From the IMG/VR virus record IMGVR_UViG_3300038315_001610, positions 1-46,056 of that record: DNA of 46,056 bases; one strand, written 5' to 3'. This stretch comes from a virus. Taxonomy: Duplodnaviria > Caudoviricetes. Shown here in pieces: positions 36,004 to 43,405 of the stretch (positions are counted from its first letter, which is position 1; each line of letters starts with the position of its first letter). The notes below the pieces were generated by a model. The model was given only the letters and a program-made list of their open reading frames with translations, had not been told where the DNA came from and searched no databases. The translations under genes and the position numbers were made by a program.

Positions 36004-36031
36004 ATTATGCCTGACAAGCCTAAGAAAGCAA
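36004..36031 (-). promoter_or_regulatory. Promoter TTGCTT-N16-CATAAT
   Basis: Conserved family; start of the leftward transcription block. Confidence 0.75.
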
Positions 36032-36162
36032 CCAGATAGTCTTGCCTAATCAGTCAAATCCACGTAGAACATGCATTCATTCCACCTTTTAATGCAGTAT
36101 TAGCCCTTGTAGGGGCAAGCGCATCCTGTAAAAGTCAGGCATACTGCGCCAGTATGTTCTTT

Positions 36163-36342
36163 GACAATTCGATCTCAAGATGACATAGAGTGGAGAGTTG
36201 GAACGATGCCTCGGCAGAATTCCTATCTCGCTCGGGGTAGAGTGCAGCTTTTCTGTTCTTTAACATGACGTAAGTGATGTTGTAAAATGGCAAAAGGGTT
36301 AACTGCGCTGTCTCTCCACTCTGTGTTCTTTTGAACTTGTTG
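36163..36342 (+). ncRNA. Candidate rod-shaped structured RNA (RNA-B)
   Basis: 15-bp helix 36183-36197/36312-36326 and inner helix 36241-36247/36303-36309; G-U pairs favour the + strand; no credible ORF. Confidence 0.55.
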
Positions 36343-36648
36343 TGGAATATCCAACTTTCAACATTGGCGAAAGAATCGTAGTGCCACCTATTTGCTAACG
36401 GTGAGGCGACATGGGCTAGGCGTGAGTGTGCGACTCAAATGGATTATGAAAGATTTGAGTAGGGCAATAAGTGGATGCCAGCATAAAGAGGCAGATTGCG
36501 TTAATATCTGCGCTGGCAAGAGCTGATTCCTGTGCTCTCAATTTGCGATGGAAACAGATCTTCTTCTTTGATGATAATATATACAACTATCATTAAAGAG
36601 GAGAGACTGCACCTGTGCAACTCATTGCTCCGGAAACAGTAAAATGAC

Positions 36649-36677
36649 TTGCTTCCTACACCTGATAGGGGCAAGCT
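36649..36677 (+). promoter_or_regulatory. Rightward promoter TTGCTT-N17-CAAGCT
   Basis: Same -35 and TACACCT-N3-AGG spacer as the leftward family; precedes the + strand gene block. Confidence 0.55.
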
Positions 36678-36716
36678 AGGGTTGCCACAACAGGCAAAAG
36701 AACACCTTCTATCCCG

Positions 36717-36974
36717 ATGCAAACTTTACTTCCCACATTAACCATTGAGAAATTCTTGCTGAGTGACTTCGGCTTCCTCACCTCCGAACTAAAAGAAATG
36801 AATCGTTCCGGAAGAGAGCCAGTCTCCATTGATGTGGAAACAGGAACGATGGAACCAAACGATGTTCCAGTGGTTGTGTTGAAGAACGTAAAGATTACAG
36901 AGCATGGTTTGGAAGTGATTCGACCTGATGCAAAATCTCCTGAGGCACCTGCTCCAGAGATTGGCATGCCCTAA
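36717..36974 (+). CDS. Hypothetical protein
   Basis: First + strand ORF of the block. Confidence 0.6.
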   Translation: MQTLLPTLTIEKFLLSDFGFLTSELKEMNRSGREPVSIDVETGTMEPNDVPVVVLKNVKITEHGLEVIRPDAKSPEAPAPEIGMP

Positions 36975-36992
36975 TTCATTTCCCCCAAAGAC

Positions 36993-37265
36993 ATGTTAAC
37001 ATTCGAATACATGACACCGAAACAGAGAGTATTGTTTGTGTTGCGCAGATCCGCATGGCTTGTGCATGGAATCATAGTTGCAATTGCAGCACTATTGATA
37101 TTTGACCATTTTGACAAGACCATTAAGATATTTGAAATCAGGCATCCAAATGGAAATATCACCACGTTGCAGTGTGTCAAAGCTGACGAGAATGGACACC
37201 GAAGGCAACTCAGACATTGTGAACCAGAATACATGGCATTATCGATTATGATCCCTCCTAAATAA
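36993..37265 (+). CDS. Membrane protein
   Basis: One TM helix; TTCCCCC upstream. Confidence 0.6.
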   Translation: MLTFEYMTPKQRVLFVLRRSAWLVHGIIVAIAALLIFDHFDKTIKIFEIRHPNGNITTLQCVKADENGHRRQLRHCEPEYMALSIMIPPK

Positions 37266-37287
37266 TATTCCCTTCCCCCAATATATT

Positions 37288-37560
37288 ATGACAAAGAAGA
37301 CCCCAGCTGGAGATTTAACTTTCTGGCAAGATGTTGCGCTGAACGTTGCGCTGACTACAATGGTTCTCATTTTTATCATAGGGCTAATTACCACTGTTTT
37401 CCACGTTGGCAATTTCCTTATCGAGAAATATCCATACCACTCGCACGAGAAGTGCTCAGTGCACAGCCACCGTGCCAACTGTCGAGCTGAAGAGGCTTGG
37501 CGAGAGAAGTTGGAAGAGTTTGAGAAGAGGAGATTAGAAATACAACCTGTTACACGATAA
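37288..37560 (+). CDS. Membrane protein
   Basis: One TM helix; TTCCCCC upstream. Confidence 0.6.
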   Translation: MTKKTPAGDLTFWQDVALNVALTTMVLIFIIGLITTVFHVGNFLIEKYPYHSHEKCSVHSHRANCRAEEAWREKLEEFEKRRLEIQPVTR

Positions 37561-37564
37561 ATAT

Positions 37565-38299
37565 ATGCCCAGAACTAAAGGATCTAAGAACAAGGCTCCA
37601 GCCAAGAAACCACCTCCCAAGAAGAAGCGCAAGCAGACAAACCCAAAGATACCTGCAGACCAACTGGAGGACAAAGCAAAGAAACTGGAATCCAAGCTCA
37701 AAGGTCTCAAGCCATCTGACAAGATACAAATCAAGATGACCGTCAATCAATATAGAAAATATATAGCATGGTATAGAGACAGTAAGGGTGGTATGGGCGC
37801 ACCAACAACCTACAAGCCAGAATATTGTAAACAAATCGTAGACTATTTCGCAGAAAAATGCAAACATCCATTCAAATCTGTATCTATGCCTGTATTAGAT
37901 AGTAATTATAATATAACTATAGATGAAGATGGAGGGGAGGTGTATGAGAAGAAGACTATACCTAATACACCACCATACTTAGTAGACTTCGCTGTGGAGA
38001 TTGATGTATGGGTAGATACGTTGAGTGATTGGGCGGAGAAGCATGTGGAGTTCAACCGTGCTATCATGCATGCAAAGGAGATTAGGACTCAGATGATCGT
38101 GGATAACGGGCTTCTAGGTATTTACAACCCACACTCTTGGATCTTTGCTGCTAAGAACTTGTCTGGCATGACAGATCGTACTGACATCACATCCAAGGAC
38201 AAGGAAGTGTTTAATGTTAAGCTCCAGAGTTTTGAGAAACCTACTGATGAAGAACTTGAATCTGGCAATGTGCCTGCTTTACCTGCTCCGTTGAGATGA
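37565..38299 (+). CDS. terS: Terminase small subunit (P22 gp3-like)
   Basis: GAPTTYKPEYC, TLSDWA.KH.EF..A...AK, GL.G.YN...IF..KN..GM.DR.DIT. Confidence 0.75.
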   Translation: MPRTKGSKNKAPAKKPPPKKKRKQTNPKIPADQLEDKAKKLESKLKGLKPSDKIQIKMTVNQYRKYIAWYRDSKGGMGAPTTYKPEYCKQIVDYFAEKCKHPFKSVSMPVLDSNYNITIDEDGGEVYEKKTIPNTPPYLVDFAVEIDVWVDTLSDWAEKHVEFNRAIMHAKEIRTQMIVDNGLLGIYNPHSWIFAAKNLSGMTDRTDITSKDKEVFNVKLQSFEKPTDEELESGNVPALPAPLR

Positions 38300-38324
38300 A
38301 GATAGATCCCAAATCAATAGAGCT

Positions 38325-38555
38325 ATGAGTAACATCTGCGAAGCTCCCAATTGCAGGCTGAAGAAAGGAAGTATGCTGGGCTACCCAAGCAGATTCTGTG
38401 GTAAGCATGCAAGAGGCAATTACAGAGGACAGAAGGAGAAGTTCGAGAGCAAGCTGAGGGTCGAGAAGAATAACAATTATCTCGCTGGCGCCAAGAGCAA
38501 GACTACGTGGTTGCGTTATGAAGAATATGATGAGAAGCACCAACTGTCAGCTTGA
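38325..38555 (+). CDS. Small zinc-finger protein
   Basis: CEAPNC...FCGKH. Confidence 0.55.
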   Translation: MSNICEAPNCRLKKGSMLGYPSRFCGKHARGNYRGQKEKFESKLRVEKNNNYLAGAKSKTTWLRYEEYDEKHQLSA

Positions 38556-38637
38556 AAGTGCAGAAACCTCATCGCACTTGCCAAGGAGATTGCCAAGGAG
38601 GAGAACTAATTCAGTCTTAAATCTTCCCCCCAAACCT

Positions 38638-39012
38638 ATGTCCGGAACTGTAAAAGCAGGGATCGTGCGACCTCCCCAGATCAAAGAGAAATCGCACACT
38701 TACGAGTCTGTCTACACCACAAGCAAGGAAGGTGAAGATAGCGAACACCACGATGTCTGGAAAATCCAGATTGATGCAGTCGATAACAAGATCACAGACT
38801 TCCTCGCCAGATTGGTGTCTGGTGTTCTTCACACAAACAACCACCAGTTGCTCACTCTCGAAGAGGATGTCCTGAAGGAACTCGGGATTTGGCAAGAGCC
38901 AGAGGAACAGCTTTCCGAGGAGGAACAGCAGGATAAGGTGCCGATGCCGAGTGGCACCGCAGCAGGAGATACGCATACGACAGAACATGACACTCCGAAA
39001 GGAGACAAATAA
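38638..39012 (+). CDS. Hypothetical protein
   Basis: ATG 38638 follows TTCCCCCC. Confidence 0.65.
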   Translation: MSGTVKAGIVRPPQIKEKSHTYESVYTTSKEGEDSEHHDVWKIQIDAVDNKITDFLARLVSGVLHTNNHQLLTLEEDVLKELGIWQEPEEQLSEEEQQDKVPMPSGTAAGDTHTTEHDTPKGDK

Positions 39013-39036
39013 TTCTTTTTTTTTCCCACTATACCC

Positions 39037-39096
39037 ATGTTAGACAAATGTAAGAAAGGCGGTAAGAAAGGTCGCAAGAAGGGCAAAGGCAAGTAG
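39037..39096 (+). CDS. 19-aa Lys/Gly micropeptide (not in track)
   Basis: MLDKCKKGGKKGRKKGKGK; TTTTCCC upstream. Confidence 0.4.
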   Translation: MLDKCKKGGKKGRKKGKGK

Positions 39097-39224
39097 TATG
39101 AACCGCAACCGACCACGCTGGCGAACAACAGAAGTGAGAACTGTTACCGCTAGGGCTTCTCATATAACCAAGTCAGCAAAAGATATGAACTCTTACATGC
39201 CCCCAAATCCCGTGAAGACCTATC

Positions 39225-39452
39225 ATGTCAGTAGAACCGATGGATCAGAACGAGGCTGATCGTTGGGCACGAGAGAATCCAAAATTCAAGACATTGATGA
39301 AGGCGACTGTTGCTGCAAGATACCATAGCAGGGATAGCGAGCCTGTCGAAAGCCGAGCGGACAAGGCTCTGGAGGTTGGAGAAATAACCAGTGCCCAGCG
39401 TGCCATGCTCAAAGCAGTGCTGAATAGGCATGTGTTCCCACCGAAGATATGA
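39225..39452 (+). CDS. Hypothetical protein
   Basis: 75-aa ORF in the operon. Confidence 0.55.
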   Translation: MSVEPMDQNEADRWARENPKFKTLMKATVAARYHSRDSEPVESRADKALEVGEITSAQRAMLKAVLNRHVFPPKI

Positions 39453-39535
39453 TGTTTGTACTGCGTGGATTGTTCCAACAGGCAAGTCAGAATTTTTGCT
39501 AATGTGTGCTGACCGAGGCACAGTTCCCTGCGAAT

Positions 39536-39775
39536 ATGGAAAACAAGATAATTAACCGCATACTTCTCAAAGGCTCTCCGATGGTAGACACTGTTATCTC
39601 GGAGGTTGATTTCTGGGCTGCGTACAAGAAGGATCCCAAGCCAGAGGGAAGGATTATCGTGGAGGGTGTGTTCGGAGAGACCGTAACAGTGCTTAAATCT
39701 GCAGTAATTGGATTTGTCGACCGCACGAACATGCGGATGCCGAGTCCAGGACAACTTGGTCCACTTAATTCCTAA
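39536..39775 (+). CDS. Hypothetical small beta protein
   Basis: ATG 39536 follows TTCCC. Confidence 0.6.
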   Translation: MENKIINRILLKGSPMVDTVISEVDFWAAYKKDPKPEGRIIVEGVFGETVTVLKSAVIGFVDRTNMRMPSPGQLGPLNS

Positions 39776-39786
39776 CCCATTTTCAC

Positions 39787-40152
39787 ATGCCAAGACAAGA
39801 CCGTTATATCTCGGATGTTCTCATGAACCAGACACTCAAACCAGAGGAGGAGGTCGAGGTTCACTTCTTCCACGATGTGGGAGATTATGGTGGAGACAAA
39901 GACAATGTCGTCCTCGGATTTATGAGAGGTGGACATGTCGTCTCCCAAGTCTGTATCCTTATCTCCGAAGGCAACTACACCGTCAAGGAGTTCAAGGAAT
40001 ACCTCAAGAATGCGATTGCTTCTCCGCACTATCCCAAGTGCTCGTTTGATTTCGAAGAGGCAACCAAGGAAGAGATCGAAGAGCTTGCCGCAGAAGACAA
40101 GACACCAAGGGTTGTAGCTTTTAAGCAACCCAATTCCGAATGGAGTTACTAA
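39787..40152 (+). CDS. Hypothetical protein
   Basis: 121-aa ORF in the operon. Confidence 0.65.
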   Translation: MPRQDRYISDVLMNQTLKPEEEVEVHFFHDVGDYGGDKDNVVLGFMRGGHVVSQVCILISEGNYTVKEFKEYLKNAIASPHYPKCSFDFEEATKEEIEELAAEDKTPRVVAFKQPNSEWSY

Positions 40153-40379
40153 TGTCAGTCAACGATATCACTCTCAAGAAGGCAAAGAATGGCTTCATAG
40201 TCAGCTACTGGAAGTCCGCACCGAAGACAAAAGGACAACCAGGCAGCTGTTGCGGGATGGGTGAGCACATAGACGAGGTGTTCACGGACAAGACGAAAGC
40301 CTCCGAGCGCATGTCAGAAATTGTACCGCATTGGAGAAGACGTGAAAGCATTGCGAGGACTTTACCACCACCACAATGA
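40152..40379 (+). CDS. Hypothetical protein (KAKNGFIV family)
   Basis: TAATG coupling to the upstream gene. Confidence 0.6.
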   Translation: MSVNDITLKKAKNGFIVSYWKSAPKTKGQPGSCCGMGEHIDEVFTDKTKASERMSEIVPHWRRRESIARTLPPPQ

Positions 40380-40669
40380 GATATGTCCATTCGCTAAAAT
40401 CCATGAACATACAGCCTGCGCAGAACGGATATGTATTGCATTATTCGTTTTTGCAGGCATGCCCAGACCATACAAGCACAGCGGAATGCGAGAACTGTGC
40501 ATATTGTACGAAGATTTATATTTGTAAGACCTTCGAAGAAGCACTGGAACACATAGCCATGGAGTTCTGCGATGCCTTCGATGAAGGTTTGTTCCATATT
40601 ACACAAGAAAAACATGCCAGCAAAAAAGAAAGCCAAACCAAAGGCGAAGAAGAAGGTGACGAAGGCTAA
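40376..40669 (+). CDS. Hypothetical protein (PAQNGYVL family)
   Basis: ATGA coupling; resembles the upstream ORF. Confidence 0.6.
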   Translation: MRYVHSLKSMNIQPAQNGYVLHYSFLQACPDHTSTAECENCAYCTKIYICKTFEEALEHIAMEFCDAFDEGLFHITQEKHASKKESQTKGEEEGDEG

Positions 40670-40862
40670 GCGAAAGCCTGTTGCCAAGAAAAGGGCGAAG
40701 CCTAGAACATCGAACAAAGGTGCAACTCTCCATCCACATTGCGACCACGCTTGGGTTCTCGCCCACAGTACTGGCAGTTTCATAGTTGCGAAGGCAGTCT
40801 TCGTTTGCACCAAATGCTGGAAGCAGCAGTGCCTGAAACTGGGCATGGAACTAGAAGATTAA
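40614..40862 (+). CDS. Lys/Ala-rich basic protein with C-terminal zinc ribbon
   Basis: MPAKKKAKPKAKKK...CDH.W...CTKC. Confidence 0.55.
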   Translation: MPAKKKAKPKAKKKVTKAKRKPVAKKRAKPRTSNKGATLHPHCDHAWVLAHSTGSFIVAKAVFVCTKCWKQQCLKLGMELED

Positions 40863-40876
40863 TTCCCCCAATCCAA

Positions 40877-41359
40877 ATGCCCTCAGGAATAGACATCCCA
40901 GTTCACCCAGATACTCCAACTGGCAGACCAGAGAAATTCATTCTCGAGAAGGTGCAAATTGGGTGTCAGCAAGAAATCTCAGGCGACTTGGTACGCAAGG
41001 TAGAAGGAGATGGTGACGAAAGAATACGCATATTTTACAATCAGATGGTGGATCGTCTTGTCGCCCAGATTAAGACATTCATTATGGGAGAGAAGGCGCA
41101 CGAGGAAACAAGAACAGTGGTATTTGAATATCCTGCGAGCTGGTGGCAGCACTTCAAACAGGAAGTGTTCCCACGATGGTTGCTGAAGAGATATCCAGTG
41201 CGCAGGCAGAGGCATCAAAGGCTGGTTATTTTCAAACAAGTTGAAGTCCTGCCTAAATTTAATCGTTTTTTAAAGCCAGAGGAACAGGAATTGCATTTTC
41301 CAGTTCTTTCTGCTGAAGTTTCCCCCCAACATCCATGTCCACAGCCCCCAAGAACATAA
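40877..41359 (+). CDS. Hypothetical protein
   Basis: YPASWWQHFKQ..FP.W motif; TTCCCCC upstream. Confidence 0.65.
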   Translation: MPSGIDIPVHPDTPTGRPEKFILEKVQIGCQQEISGDLVRKVEGDGDERIRIFYNQMVDRLVAQIKTFIMGEKAHEETRTVVFEYPASWWQHFKQEVFPRWLLKRYPVRRQRHQRLVIFKQVEVLPKFNRFLKPEEQELHFPVLSAEVSPQHPCPQPPRT

Positions 41360-43017
41360 TATTCTCTAAAGAGGCAAGAGAGAAGACTCTTGCAGGTGTT
41401 CGCATACTCCGGAAGGCAGTTGCTGCCACACTTGGACCGAAAGGTCGAAATGCTCTGATCGAGAGAGGATACGGAGATCCGTTCGTGACCAAGGATGGTG
41501 TCTCTGTTGCCAAGGAGATAAATCTCAAAGATCCATTCGAGCAGATGGGCAACCTGATTGTCCGAGACGCTGCCAGTCGCACAAATAACAAAGCTGGCGA
41601 TGGCACGACAACATCGACAATTCTGGCTGCAGCCATCATGGAGGAAGGCATGAAGCATTTAGGCAAAGGTGCTAATCCAATTCTCATAAAGAAAGGGATC
41701 GACAGAGCAGTAAAACTAGTCGTAGAGGAATTACAGGAACATTCTAAACCAGTTGAATCTGTTGAGGATCTGGTCTCGATTGCGACCATTTCGTCCCAAG
41801 ATGAGGAGATCGGGAAGATGGCAGCTCAGGCAATCTGGGATGCAGGAGACCAAGGCATCGTGTCGATCGAAGAGAGCAAGGGAATGGGCATGGAAGTGGA
41901 CAAGTCTGACGGATTCAAATTCGACAAAGGGTATGTCTCTTCCTACATGATAACAGAACCCAAGAGGAAGGAGGCAATCTACGAAGATGTCCACATTCTG
42001 CTCTTGGAGAAGGATATGACTGCGAGCAGGGAGGTTATCCCAATTATGGAGAACCTGCTCAAAGGTGCGGAGGACAGGCAGAGCATCAAGCATCTGGTGA
42101 TTATCTGCGACAATGTGCTTAACGAGGCATTGTCCACAGTGGTAGTCAACAAGCTGAAGGGCAATTTCTTCACGCTTGCCATTCGTGCTCCAGCTTACGG
42201 AGACCTGAGGACAGACATTATGGAAGACATCGCAGCTTGGACAGGTGCAACGTATATCTCCAACACGACTGGAAGGAAGATTGATACACTCAAGTTCGAA
42301 GACCTTGGAAAAGCAAGACGTGTGATTGCAACGAAAGATGACACTGTGATTGTCGATGGAAGTGGGCAACTCGAGGATGTGCAGAAGAGGGTGACCGAGA
42401 TCGAGTCCCAGCTCAAGAAGGATAACACCGAACTTGTGGAGAAACAGCTGAAGGAGAGGTTGGCAGCACTAAGTGGATGTGCCATTGTATTGCGCATTGG
42501 TGCTGCGACAGAGGTGGAACAGAAGGAGAAGCAATACCGAGTTGATGACGCTCTCTGCGCTTGTCGTGCAGCCAAAGCGGAGGGTGTACTTCCAGGTGGC
42601 GGTGTCCCATACTTGCGTGCTGCACGCAATCTCGAGGAACTCAAGTTTGAGAACCGCCACGAAGACATTGGTCGAGAGATCGTTTGCGCAGCACTGCTCG
42701 AACCGATAAGGTATCTGGCAAGGAATGCTGGAATAAATGAGGAGCGGATGATCAAAGAATGTTCCAAGGTGGTGTTGCCAAGTGTGCTGTATTCTTGGGG
42801 GTACGATGCCCTGAAAGAAGAGTACTGCAACCTGTCCGCAGCACAAGTATTCGATCCAACCAAAGTGGCACGTGAGGCTCTTGAAAACGCAGCATCTGTG
42901 GCTTCCACGTGGCTAACTCTCGAGACAGCTGTCACCGAGATTGTACCAGAAGGGATGCCAAACTTCAATGTCATGGCTCCGACAGATGCTCCCCCTGAAG
43001 GTTATTCCCAAATGTAA
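41335..43017 (+). CDS. groEL: Chaperonin GroEL (Cpn60)
   Basis: TLGPKGRN, TKDGVSVAKEI, AGDGTTT, FDKGY, APAYGD, ERLA.L, EGVLPGGG, DPTKV. Confidence 0.97.
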   Translation: MSTAPKNIIFSKEAREKTLAGVRILRKAVAATLGPKGRNALIERGYGDPFVTKDGVSVAKEINLKDPFEQMGNLIVRDAASRTNNKAGDGTTTSTILAAAIMEEGMKHLGKGANPILIKKGIDRAVKLVVEELQEHSKPVESVEDLVSIATISSQDEEIGKMAAQAIWDAGDQGIVSIEESKGMGMEVDKSDGFKFDKGYVSSYMITEPKRKEAIYEDVHILLLEKDMTASREVIPIMENLLKGAEDRQSIKHLVIICDNVLNEALSTVVVNKLKGNFFTLAIRAPAYGDLRTDIMEDIAAWTGATYISNTTGRKIDTLKFEDLGKARRVIATKDDTVIVDGSGQLEDVQKRVTEIESQLKKDNTELVEKQLKERLAALSGCAIVLRIGAATEVEQKEKQYRVDDALCACRAAKAEGVLPGGGVPYLRAARNLEELKFENRHEDIGREIVCAALLEPIRYLARNAGINEERMIKECSKVVLPSVLYSWGYDALKEEYCNLSAAQVFDPTKVAREALENAASVASTWLTLETAVTEIVPEGMPNFNVMAPTDAPPEGYSQM

Positions 43018-43019
43018 CT

Positions 43020-43220
43020 ATGAAGAGGACAGTTAGATCCCGCATTGTGCTCAAAGATGGAACTTCTTACCTAAGCAACCTTACCCACGCAGAAGTAGAC
43101 AGGCGCAAGAAGAATGGTGCTGGATTGTTTGTCAGAACAGAGGAAGGATTGCTGAGAGGGATACCGCACTCGCAGGTGCAGACAGTCGAAGAATTTTCCC
43201 CAGCTGAAATTGATTACTAG
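43020..43220 (+). CDS. Hypothetical small beta protein
   Basis: Starts 2 nt after the groEL stop. Confidence 0.6.
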   Translation: MKRTVRSRIVLKDGTSYLSNLTHAEVDRRKKNGAGLFVRTEEGLLRGIPHSQVQTVEEFSPAEIDY

Positions 43221-43404
43221 AGTAATTGCCATTGGCGCCATAGCTGGTGGGGCATTACTTGCTGCCAGCCTGATGGGAGGCAAGGTTACAGAGGTTATTA
43301 TGCACAAAGTCCAATACGAAGAATGTGCGCTTGTTGAGAGAAGCAACGCTTGGGTCATAAGGTGTAGGAAGAAGGATCCTGTCCATTACCCAGAATACAC
43401 GTGA
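43210..43404 (+). CDS. Small protein with N-terminal hydrophobic helix
   Basis: Fills the gap to TerL; TTG start. Confidence 0.45.
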   Translation: MITRVIAIGAIAGGALLAASLMGGKVTEVIMHKVQYEECALVERSNAWVIRCRKKDPVHYPEYT

Positions 43405-43405
43405 T

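Noticed and set aside
36426-36440. Group II intron 5' end (GTGCG)
   Set aside because: No domain V motif, no maturase and no interrupted gene.
41215-42974. Long antisense ORFs opposite groEL (and similar ones opposite portal, nozzle and the polyvalent gene)
   Set aside because: These are shadow frames of well-supported genes with no motifs or initiation signals.
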